Shown here one piece after another: positions 24,808 through 32,295 of a stretch of 32,295 nucleotides of DNA. The position numbers and the translations under genes were made by a program. The first letter of the stretch is position 1, and each line of letters opens with the position of its first letter. The DNA comes from Planctomycetota bacterium (GTDB taxonomy: Bacteria; Planctomycetota; UBA11346), in the NCBI GenBank assembly GCA_044352625.1, contig JBILDK010000001.1, forward strand, positions 1-32,295, given 5' to 3'. The notes under the pieces were generated by a model. It saw only the letters and a program-made list of their open reading frames with translations. It was not told the origin of the DNA and ran no database searches.

Positions 24808-25905
24808 ATGGCCCCTGCACCCCTGTCCGCTCCTCTTCGCGGTGTCGCCTGGCAGGGTGGCCTGGATGATGGTGAGCTGATCCTGCTCGATCAGACCCGC
24901 CTGCCGGACGTGGTCGAGTACCTGCACCTGCGCGAGCTCGAAGCGGTACGCAGTGCGATCATCGACCTTGCCGTGCGCGGTGCTCCGGCCATTGCCATCA
25001 GCGGCGCCTATGCCGTGGTGCTGCACGCGGTGGCCACCGCCCAGGCCGCCGGCGCCGGTGCCACCAGCGAGGCCCTGACCGCAGCCCTGGCCGCCGGTAG
25101 TGCACGCTTGGAATCAGCTCGTCCCACGGCGGTGAACCTGCGCTGGGCCCTGGCGCGCATGAACGCCTGCTACCAGCGCCACGTCGGTCACCTCACCGCC
25201 CTGGAGATGTGCGCGCGGCTGTTGATGGAAGCCAAGCGCATCCACCGCGAGGATGCTGAACAATGCATCCGCATCGCGCATTTTGGCGCGACCCTGCTGC
25301 CCGAGCGCGGCGGCGTCTACACCCACTGCAACACCGGCGTGCTGGCCACTGGTGGCGTGGGCACCGCCCTGGGCTGCATCGTCCAGGCCCATACCCAGGC
25401 CAAGCACCTCCAGGTGTTCGTCGGTGAGACTCGGCCGCTGTTGCAGGGTGCGCGCCTCACCGCACCCGAGCTGGCCCAGGCGGGCGTGCCGGTGACCTTG
25501 GTGTGCGACAGCATGGCCGGTGCGCTCATGGCCCGGGGCCTGATCCAGGCGGTGATCGTCGGCGCCGACCGCATCGCCGCTAACGGCGACACGGCCAACA
25601 AGATCGGCACCTACGGCCTGGCGGTCCTCGCCCGCCACCACGGCATCCCGTTCTATGTCGCCGCCACCACTGCGACCTTCGACCCGACTCTGGTGGATGG
25701 CAGCGGCATCGTCATCGAAGAACGCCACGCCGACGAGGTGCGCCGGCCCCAGGGCACGCCCGCCACGGTCGCGGACATGACCTGCGCCAACCCGGCCTTC
25801 GATGTGACGCCGGGCCACCTCATCACCGCCATCATCACCGAGCGCGGCATCATCAGCCGGCCGGGTCCGAGCACCGTTGCGCGGCTGCTGGGCGCGGGCG
25901 GATAG
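24808..25905 (+). CDS. mtnA: S-methyl-5-thioribose-1-phosphate isomerase
   Basis: eIF-2B alpha/beta/delta-like family: LILLDQTRLP...VRGAPAIAISGAYA..., HCNTG, ETRPLLQGARLTAPEL, VGADRIAANGDTANKIGTY, NPAFDVTP...ITERG. Confidence 0.9.
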   Translation: MAPAPLSAPLRGVAWQGGLDDGELILLDQTRLPDVVEYLHLRELEAVRSAIIDLAVRGAPAIAISGAYAVVLHAVATAQAAGAGATSEALTAALAAGSARLESARPTAVNLRWALARMNACYQRHVGHLTALEMCARLLMEAKRIHREDAEQCIRIAHFGATLLPERGGVYTHCNTGVLATGGVGTALGCIVQAHTQAKHLQVFVGETRPLLQGARLTAPELAQAGVPVTLVCDSMAGALMARGLIQAVIVGADRIAANGDTANKIGTYGLAVLARHHGIPFYVAATTATFDPTLVDGSGIVIEERHADEVRRPQGTPATVADMTCANPAFDVTPGHLITAIITERGIISRPGPSTVARLLGAGG

Positions 25906-25924
25906 CCTTTTCGTCGCGGCCATC

Positions 25925-26332
25925 GTGATCCATCTCGCCCCCGGCGTGGCCATCGATGCCGCCCGTCTGCGCTGGTCGCAGGTGCGTTCCGGTGGCCCCG
26001 GTGGCCAGCACGTCAACACCACCGCCTCGCAGGTCGAACTGCGCCTGGATGTGGTGGATCTCGCATTGCGCCCAGCGGCGGCGGAACGCCTGGCCCGGCT
26101 CGCCAGCCATTGGCTGACCGATGCGGGCGAACTGGTGCTGACCTGTAGCGAAACGCGCAGCGCCGGACGCAACCGCGACCTGTTGATCGAACGCCTGTCG
26201 GAGCTACTGGTCGAAGCCTGCACCATTCCCAAGCCGCGCCGGAAATCCAAACCGACCCGCGCCAGCAAAGAGCGCCGGCTCGAAGCCAAGAATCACCGCA
26301 CGCGCACCCTCTCCAACCGCCGCGAAGACTAG
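25925..26332 (+). CDS. arfB: alternative ribosome-rescue factor ArfB (peptidyl-tRNA hydrolase, GGQ)
   Basis: SGGPGGQHVNTTASQVELR (GGQ motif) plus the basic C-terminal tail KPRRKSKPTRASKERRLEAKNHR. The GTG at 25925 gives an N-terminus aligned with E. coli YaeJ (M-I-x-I/L...V-A-I). Confidence 0.85.
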   Translation: MIHLAPGVAIDAARLRWSQVRSGGPGGQHVNTTASQVELRLDVVDLALRPAAAERLARLASHWLTDAGELVLTCSETRSAGRNRDLLIERLSELLVEACTIPKPRRKSKPTRASKERRLEAKNHRTRTLSNRRED

Positions 26333-26363
26333 CGCTCCCTGGGAGCGCGGCCGGCCCGGCCGC
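26332..26363. terminator. two adjacent GC hairpins between convergent arfB and a small minus-strand ORF
   Basis: GCGCTC-CCTGG-GAGCGC (26332-26348) and GCGGCCGG-C-CCGGCCGC (26347-26363). There is no clear U-tract. Confidence 0.4.
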
Positions 26364-26375
26364 TCGAAAGCGTGC

Positions 26376-26615
26376 CTACCCAATCCGAAACCGACCCGCA
26401 TCATCCAATTCGTGATCGTCCGCAGTAATCCACGCCCCACTGGGAAATTCCAAATCATAACACCAGCCGGCCTCGCCATCGCTGCGTTCGTTGCCGCGGC
26501 CAGTGATGGTGCCGACGCTGCCCGCGGGGGTGATGCGCTCCTGCTCCTGGGCGTCGAAGTCTGAGATCTCTTCGACCAACGTCACTATGGTGCCTTTAGG
26601 CAGGGGATGGCTCAT
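26376..26615 (-). CDS. hypothetical small acidic protein (79 aa)
   Basis: The ATG at 26615 overlaps the aspartate kinase stop (ATGA). Third-position GC looks coding-like by eye. No family recognised with confidence. Confidence 0.5.
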   Translation of the reverse strand: MSHPLPKGTIVTLVEEISDFDAQEQERITPAGSVGTITGRGNERSDGEAGWCYDLEFPSGAWITADDHELDDAGRFRIG

Positions 26616-27955
26616 GCAAACTCCGCGTAGATGGCCTTGATCGCCGCCGGGAGGTCCGATTCCTCGACGCCGACGATGATGTTCTGCTCGCTCGAACCCT
26701 GGTCGATCATGCGCACGTTGACCCGCGCCTTGGCCAGGGCACTGAACAGCCGCGCCGCGGTGCCGATCGCGTGGTTCATGCCCTGGCCTACGGTGGCGAC
26801 CAGTGCCATGCCCGGCGAGGCCTTGAGGCTGTCGGGGCGCAGCGTCGCCTGGAGGTCTTCGAGCAGTTGTTCAAGCCGCGCGCTGCCGTCCGGCGCAGTG
26901 AGCTGCTTGTCGCTGACCACCACGCTCATGGTATCGATGCCGGTGGGGGTGTGCTCGAAGCTGATACCCAGGCGTTCGAAGGCGTCGAGCACGCGTCGGC
27001 CAAAACCGACCTCGCTGTTCATCAATGCCTTCTCGATGTGGATGACGGTGAAGCCCTTGGTGCCAGCGATGCCCACCACCACCTGGTGGCCTGGGTCGCG
27101 GCTCTTGACGATCATGGTGCCGGCGTCGTCGGGGCGGTTGGTGTTGCGAATGTTGATCGGGATGCCGGCCTCCCGCACCGGGAACACCGCTTCTTCGTGC
27201 AGCACGCTGGCGCCCATGTAGCTCAGCTCGCGCAGTTCGCCGTAGGTGACCTCGGCGATGGGCTTGGCCTCGGTTACGATGCGCGGGTCGGTCATGAGGA
27301 AGCCGGAGACGTCGGTCCAGTTCTCGTAGAGCGCCGCATTCACGCCGCGCGCCACCACCGAGCCCGAAACATCGCTGCCGCCGCGGCTGAAGGTCTTGAC
27401 CTCGCCGGTCTGGGTGCGGCCATAGAAACCGGGCACCACGTAGCGCCCGGGACCGGCCATGAGCTTGGCCATGAGCACATAGGTCTGGGCGTCGAGGCGG
27501 CCGCTGCGGTCGAAGACCACCACGTCGGCGGCGTCGATGTACTCGGCCTTGAGCAGCGCCGCGACGATGCGCCCGTTGATCGCCTCGCCGCGCGAGGCGG
27601 CGTAGTCGGCGGTGCCGCCGGCCTGGGCGATCGTGATGATCTTCGCCTTGGTCGCGTCCAGCTCCGGAGCCAGGTCGAGGCTGAGGCCGAGTTCGGCGAC
27701 GATGCCGAGGAAACGCGCCGCGACCGTGCCCCACACCGCGTCGATGCTCTGGCCCGAGGCGGCGGTCTGGTGCGCCAGATACAGCAGGTCGGTGACCTTG
27801 GTGTCCTTCGCGTGGGCCTTGCCCGGGGCCGAGGGCACGATGAAGCGGCGGCGCGGATCAGCGTCGATGATCGCCTGGACCTTACGCAACTGCGCGGCGG
27901 TGGCGACCGAGGTGCCGCCGAACTTGGCGACGATGGGACCGAGGGTGGCGGGCAT
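26612..27955 (-). CDS. lysC: aspartate kinase
   Basis: IVAKFGGTSVATAAQL (KFGGTS motif), the amino-acid kinase fold, and C-terminal ACT-like regions (ALVATVGQGM..., VNVRMIDQGSSEQNIIVGV). The ATG at 27955 has GGAGG upstream. Confidence 0.92.
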   Translation of the reverse strand: MPATLGPIVAKFGGTSVATAAQLRKVQAIIDADPRRRFIVPSAPGKAHAKDTKVTDLLYLAHQTAASGQSIDAVWGTVAARFLGIVAELGLSLDLAPELDATKAKIITIAQAGGTADYAASRGEAINGRIVAALLKAEYIDAADVVVFDRSGRLDAQTYVLMAKLMAGPGRYVVPGFYGRTQTGEVKTFSRGGSDVSGSVVARGVNAALYENWTDVSGFLMTDPRIVTEAKPIAEVTYGELRELSYMGASVLHEEAVFPVREAGIPINIRNTNRPDDAGTMIVKSRDPGHQVVVGIAGTKGFTVIHIEKALMNSEVGFGRRVLDAFERLGISFEHTPTGIDTMSVVVSDKQLTAPDGSARLEQLLEDLQATLRPDSLKASPGMALVATVGQGMNHAIGTAARLFSALAKARVNVRMIDQGSSEQNIIVGVEESDLPAAIKAIYAEFA

Positions 27956-28069
27956 GGCGGGGCCTCCGGAAAGGGTCGGCATGCTAGGGCCCAGGGCGCC
28001 CACTGGAAGGGGTGCTGGGAGCGCAGGCTTCAGCCTGCTGGGGCAATGCCGATGCGCCCAGACAGCATG

Positions 28070-29041
28070 CTAAAGCCTGCGCTCCCGGGGGGCAGCCTCG
28101 ACCCACTTCAGCCAGCGAGGTGCGGCGATGCTCGCGGCCAATAATTGCACCGGATGGTAGAGCAGCAGTGGCACCGTCACCAGCGCCACTTGGGGATCCC
28201 GGGGCAGCAGCAAATAGATCAGCGGGATGCCGAGGGCGATGGTCTTCTGGCTGGCGCAGACCGCCAAGGTCACGCGCCGCGCACGATCGAGGGTCAATCG
28301 CGTGCCCAGGCCCGTCGGCACCAGCAGGGCGAGTCCGTGCAATAGCGCCATCGCCCCCGCCGTCAGGGCCAGCATCCCCCCGTTGATGTCCATGCCATGG
28401 GCGAAGCCGGCGCTGAACGCCTGCCAGACCACGCCCACCAGGCACAGATTGCTCAGGGTGGACAGGGCCGATCGCCGGGTCTCGGTCCAGGCCGCCAGCC
28501 AACGCCGCGCCACCTGACCGACGGCCATGGGCAACGCCACCTGGAGCAGCAGTGCCCGCACCGCGCCGGTCGGATCGATATGCCCGGTGTGCCCCGCCAG
28601 CAACCAGATCAGCGCCGGGGTCACCGCGATGCCAAGCAGATTGCCCAGAACCGCGTTGACCACCGCTCCGGCCTCATCTCCGCCCGACTGGCGGGTGAAG
28701 ATCACGCAACTGGTGATGGTGGTCGGCAGGCAGCCGAGGATCACCACGCCCAGGGTCACCGCCGGTGGAACCCCGGCCTGATGCAGCAGCCAGGCGGCAG
28801 CGGCGAACAGCGGCGGCAGCAGCAGGAACGACGTGCCCTGCACCGCCGCATGCAGCCGCCAGTCCCGCGCCGCCCGGCGCAGCTCGGCCCCGGGCAGCCC
28901 CAGGCCTGCACACAGGAACACCGTCGGCACCAGCACCCACGACAACCACGGCACCGCCGCGCCTGGCCCCGGCAATCGCCAGGCCGCCAGGACCGCGAGC
29001 CCTACCGCGAACAGGAACCAGTGCCGGAGCATGTGCCGCAT
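28070..29041 (-). CDS. bile acid:sodium symporter (BASS/SBF-like) family transporter
   Basis: About 9-10 hydrophobic helices. GCLPTTITSCVIFTRQSGGDEAGAVVNAVLGNLLGI resembles the SBF-like core, recalled from memory. Confidence 0.75.
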   Translation of the reverse strand: MRHMLRHWFLFAVGLAVLAAWRLPGPGAAVPWLSWVLVPTVFLCAGLGLPGAELRRAARDWRLHAAVQGTSFLLLPPLFAAAAWLLHQAGVPPAVTLGVVILGCLPTTITSCVIFTRQSGGDEAGAVVNAVLGNLLGIAVTPALIWLLAGHTGHIDPTGAVRALLLQVALPMAVGQVARRWLAAWTETRRSALSTLSNLCLVGVVWQAFSAGFAHGMDINGGMLALTAGAMALLHGLALLVPTGLGTRLTLDRARRVTLAVCASQKTIALGIPLIYLLLPRDPQVALVTVPLLLYHPVQLLAASIAAPRWLKWVEAAPRERRL

Positions 29042-29183
29042 TCCATGCCGCCCTCACCGGCGCGCAACGCCGCACGCCGGTGAGGTCCCCGGCGCTCCCA
29101 ACTCATCCTGGCGCAATCCGGATTCAGGGGGTATGAACAAGCGACCCGAACCAGTCATCGACACCCGTTTATCAGGAGTCCCC

Positions 29184-29732
29184 ATGTCTCGTCTCCTCGC
29201 CTGCCTGTTCGCCGTGCCCCTGGCCCTGGCCGCGGCGGATCTCACACCGCAACAGGTCGCACTTGCCGCCGAGAGCGAAGCGCAATGCCAGGCCACGGCC
29301 ACAGCGGTGCCGACGCCGCAGCAGATCATCGACAAGGTGCGCGAGGCCTCCGCCCTGGTGGCCAAGGATGGTCGCGCCGCGTTCCCGGCGTTTCGCGGCA
29401 AGGACAGCGCGTTCATCTTTGGCGGCACCTACATCTGGATCCATGACCAGGAGGGCGTCATGCAGATGCATCCGGTCAAGCCAAAGATGGAGACCAGGCC
29501 TTTGCTCGGACTCAAGGATGCCAACGGCAAGGCCTTTTTCGTGGACATGAACACGGTTGCCGCTGCGGGTGGTGGCTGGGTTGACTATCTGTGGCCGAAG
29601 CCAGGCGAAAAAGAGCCGTCGCTCAAGGTGAGCTATGTCGTGCAAGCCAAGCACGGTGGCGAGGTTTTCATCGTCGGGTGTGGCGTCTACGACCTGACCA
29701 TGGAACAGATCAAGGCATCGGGCGCCAAGTAA
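29184..29732 (+). CDS. secreted stand-alone single-Cache (sCache_2-like) domain protein
   Basis: AGGAG RBS. Signal peptide MSRLLACLFAVPLALAAA. Cache pattern GGTYIWIHDQEGVMQMHPVKP...GLKDANGKAFFVDM...GGGWVDYLWPKPGEKEPSLKVSYV...FIVGCGVYD. Confidence 0.8.
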   Translation: MSRLLACLFAVPLALAAADLTPQQVALAAESEAQCQATATAVPTPQQIIDKVREASALVAKDGRAAFPAFRGKDSAFIFGGTYIWIHDQEGVMQMHPVKPKMETRPLLGLKDANGKAFFVDMNTVAAAGGGWVDYLWPKPGEKEPSLKVSYVVQAKHGGEVFIVGCGVYDLTMEQIKASGAK

Positions 29733-29741
29733 GGACGGATC

Positions 29742-31634
29742 ATGCGGCTGACCGATGTCTCGTTGCGAACCAAGTTCAGCGGGCTGGCCTTCACGGGCAT
29801 CGCGGTGTTGTTGGTCACCGTGGTCGCCGGCTGGTGGGGCTGGCAGCGCCTGTCCGTGGCCAGTGCGGCGGCAGACACCGCCCGTGATGCGAGCGAAGCC
29901 TTTTCCAACGTGTGCCTGATCGAACACGAATGGTACCAGTATTACCATGCCGCCCTGGTCACGGATCACGCGACGTCCTGCACCGGGCTAGAGGCGATCC
30001 TTGACCGGGCGCAGATGGGCGAGGCCGCTGCGGCGCGGACCGCGCTGACGGATTACCGAAAAGGCTTTGCCGGGCTGGTGGTGGCCCAGAAGGCGGAACG
30101 GGAGATCTCATCGCGCCTAGATAAAGCCATCGACAACATCCAGCACCTGGTCAACGGCCTGACCATCGCCCTTGCCAAGCGCCAGACCAACCTCCAGCAG
30201 GAGGGAGAGGATCTCACCGCCGACGAATTCAATCTGCTCGCGTCGCTGCGCGATGGCACCGCGGTGATCTTGGGCCTGGGCAACAGCTACCATCGCTTTG
30301 AGTTGACCGGAGACATGGCCCACTTGGCGGAGTTCGAGCGCATCATGGCCAAGGAGGGAGCCACCGCCCGCAATTGCATCACCACCTTTTCGTCCACCAA
30401 GCAAACGGCGGCCATGTGGAAGGCCAAGGCCGAGCCGGTCGCCGCCGGTATCACCGCCTGCGCCGACCTGCCGGATCAGGCGCGTCGCGCCCGCACGAAC
30501 TTTCTCGCTATCCAGGCGGCGGTCGACCAGGCGGGTGGAAATCTGCGCCAAGCGCTGGTGGAGTCCCGTGCCCATGCCACCACCTCCATCACCGCTACCC
30601 AACGCACCGTGGCCTGGGTGGTAGGCGGCATCGTCCTGCTCGCCCCTCTGCTCCTCTTCGGCGTATCCCAACTGCTGGTGCGCGCCATTCTCAGGCCCCT
30701 GTCCGGGGCCATGACCTTGGCCGAGCGCATCGCCCAGGGCGACTTCACCCAGCGGGCCACGGTCGCCTGGCGCGATGAGACCGGTCGGTTGACCGAGACC
30801 TTGAACACCATGGCGGCGATGCTCAGGGACCGCATCGGTCTGGTGGCGAAACAGGCCGACGTGGTGGGCGCGGATGCGAGCAATCTGTCGACCCTGTCCA
30901 ATGGCATGCTGGCCAGCGCCGGCATCACCGCCAGCGAGGCGGTCACAGTGCGCGACGTGGCCCAGGACGTGTCCAGTTCGATCAATTCCGTGGCCGCCGC
31001 TGCCGCGGAGATGGAGGCCTCGATCGGCGAGATCGCGCGGTCCGCCTCGGATGCGGCGGGGGCGGCTGAGGTGGGCGTCCGCGAAACCGCCTCAGCCAGC
31101 CAGACCGTGGTCAAGCTGGCGTCGTCGTCGCAGGAAATCGGCGATGTGGTGAAGCTGATCGCTGCCATCGCCGTGCGCACCAATCTGCTGGCCTTGAACG
31201 CCACCATCGAGGCCGCCGGGGCGGGCGAGGCGGGTCGCGGCTTCGCCGTGGTTGCCGCCGAAGTCAAGGAATTGTCGCGACAGACCGCCAAAGCCACCGA
31301 GGAGATCACCGCCAAGGTCGCGGGGATACAGACGGATGCGGTAGCCACCACCGCCGCCATCGCGCGCATCTCCGAACAGATCAACCGCATTGCCGACGCC
31401 CAGCGTCAGGTGGCAGCGGCGGTCGAGGAGCAGTCGGCCACCACCCGCGAGATCGCCGGCAGCGCGACCCGCGCCGCGAGCGGCGGCGAGCGCATCAGCG
31501 CTGCGGTCAACGGGGTCGCCGGGGCCGCGGCCGATGCCTCGAACGGGGCCGGTCAGACCCAGCATGCGGCCCGCGAGCTGCAAAAGGCGGCCGATGAGCT
31601 GAAGGCCGTGGTCGCGCGCTTCACGCTGGCGTAA
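29742..31634 (+). CDS. methyl-accepting chemotaxis protein (helical periplasmic sensor + HAMP + MCP signalling domain)
   Basis: Two TM helices (aa ~12-34 and ~290-315), a HAMP-like segment, and the highly conserved tip [35 protein letters not shown]. Confidence 0.92.
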   Translation: MRLTDVSLRTKFSGLAFTGIAVLLVTVVAGWWGWQRLSVASAAADTARDASEAFSNVCLIEHEWYQYYHAALVTDHATSCTGLEAILDRAQMGEAAAARTALTDYRKGFAGLVVAQKAEREISSRLDKAIDNIQHLVNGLTIALAKRQTNLQQEGEDLTADEFNLLASLRDGTAVILGLGNSYHRFELTGDMAHLAEFERIMAKEGATARNCITTFSSTKQTAAMWKAKAEPVAAGITACADLPDQARRARTNFLAIQAAVDQAGGNLRQALVESRAHATTSITATQRTVAWVVGGIVLLAPLLLFGVSQLLVRAILRPLSGAMTLAERIAQGDFTQRATVAWRDETGRLTETLNTMAAMLRDRIGLVAKQADVVGADASNLSTLSNGMLASAGITASEAVTVRDVAQDVSSSINSVAAAAAEMEASIGEIARSASDAAGAAEVGVRETASASQTVVKLASSSQEIGDVVKLIAAIAVRTNLLALNATIEAAGAGEAGRGFAVVAAEVKELSRQTAKATEEITAKVAGIQTDAVATTAAIARISEQINRIADAQRQVAAAVEEQSATTREIAGSATRAASGGERISAAVNGVAGAAADASNGAGQTQHAARELQKAADELKAVVARFTLA

Positions 31635-31771
31635 CGCGGAAACCGCGACCGCTACGGTGGTGGTCGCAAACCCGCGTCGTGCATGACCGCCGTTCGCGGC
31701 CCATGGATGGACGAACGGAACAGGCGCACATACTCAGCCACGTTCCACCGTGCACGATCAGGGATTCCACC

Positions 31772-32295
31772 ATGGCCGACTTCTTTGCTGACTACCGCTC
31801 CGCCGCCGCCGACCGCGCCAAGCAGGGCATCCCGCCGGTGCCCCTGACCCCGGCCCAGGCTATCGATGTATGCCGTCTGCTCGAACAGCCGCCCGCCAAC
31901 GAGGGCGCGTTCCTGGTCGAACTCCTGCGCGAGCGCGTCAGCCCCGGCGTCGATCCCGCTGCCAAGGTCAAGGCCGAGTGGCTGGGCGCCATCGCCCACG
32001 GCGACACGAAAAGCCCGCTGGTCAGCGCCGCGGCCGCGGTCGACATGCTCGGCACCATGCTCGGTGGCTATAATGTGCCGTTCCTGACCCGCGAGCTGGA
32101 AGGCCCCAACGCCGCCGCCGCCGCCGATGGCCTCGCGCGCACCGTGCTGGTGTTCGACAACTTCGCGGTGGTGGCCAGGCTGGCCGAGGGCGGCAACGCC
32201 CACGCCAAGCAGGTCATCGAACGCTGGGCCGCGGCGGAGTGGTTCACCTGCCGCAGCGAGATCGAGCCCGAGATCAGCGGCGTGGTCTACAAGAT
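31772..32295 (+). CDS. acnB: aconitate hydratase B, 5' partial (runs off the window)
   Basis: My own translation from the ATG at 31772: MADFFADYRSAAADRAKQGIPPVPLTPAQ...PPANEGAFLVELLRERVSPGVDPAAKVKAEWLGAIAHGDTKSPL...LGTMLGGYNV...FDNF...AKQVIERWAAAEWF. It is collinear with the E. coli AcnB N-terminus as I recall it. It is absent from the ORF track because no stop lies in the window. Confidence 0.88.
   Translation, partial: MADFFADYRSAAADRAKQGIPPVPLTPAQAIDVCRLLEQPPANEGAFLVELLRERVSPGVDPAAKVKAEWLGAIAHGDTKSPLVSAAAAVDMLGTMLGGYNVPFLTRELEGPNAAAAADGLARTVLVFDNFAVVARLAEGGNAHAKQVIERWAAAEWFTCRSEIEPEISGVVYK

Noticed and set aside
23598-24809. 403-aa minus-strand ORF
   Set aside because: Antisense to carA. 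No family features.
25114-26289. 391-aa minus-strand ORF
   Set aside because: Antisense to mtnA and arfB. Shadow ORF.
27956-28069. Looked for a lysine riboswitch (L-box) or leader upstream of aspartate kinase
   Set aside because: Only ~114 nt are available, too short for an L-box, and I see no matching conserved helices. There is only a small GCAGGC-TGAA-GCCTGC hairpin, probably related to the upstream transporter gene's end.
26771-28144. 457-aa plus-strand ORF
   Set aside because: Antisense to aspartate kinase and the 3' end of the BASS transporter gene. Shadow ORF.
31652-32203. 183-aa minus-strand ORF at the right end
   Set aside because: Antisense to the open-ended plus-strand frame that translates into a clear AcnB N-terminus.

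Overview
This is a GC-rich, gene-dense bacterial chromosomal window. I can support 34 CDS. Most are housekeeping genes: membrane H+-pyrophosphatase hppA, ribF, prs-rplY, accA, rsfS-ftsY, rlmH, carA, mtnA, arfB, aspartate kinase, and the 5' end of acnB. The rest fall into three groups. Envelope and transport: an OmpA-like lipoprotein plus rhomboid, an ABC exporter-like trio, an MFS transporter, and a BASS-type transporter. Regulation: an ECF sigma factor, an Rrf2 regulator, and a PII protein. Chemotaxis: a stand-alone Cache protein next to an MCP. A small PSCyt1-type CxxCH protein and Lys/Ala-rich histone-H1-like sequences suggest a Verrucomicrobia/Planctomycetes-like (PVC) host, but this is inference only. 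I found no rRNA, tRNA, CRISPR array, transposase/integrase, prophage, toxin-antitoxin or recognisable defence genes. I do not see a clear novel multi-gene system, and the region reads as core genome. The features most worth a second look are: (1) a REP/BIME-like array of eight octamer-cored units forming interleaved long inverted repeats after an ECF sigma gene that has no anti-sigma partner; (2) a C-terminally short PII protein tightly coupled to accA; (3) an orphan hydF overlapping a small ferredoxin gene; (4) RsfS fused to a ~160-aa Lys/Ala/Pro tail, plus a 65-aa H1-like gene; (5) a secreted stand-alone Cache protein 9 nt upstream of an MCP; (6) hppA with a signal-peptide-like N-terminal extension; (7) several precise palindromes and motif repeats in intergenic regions. 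Many long ORFs in the six-frame track are antisense shadow ORFs typical of high-GC DNA and were rejected.
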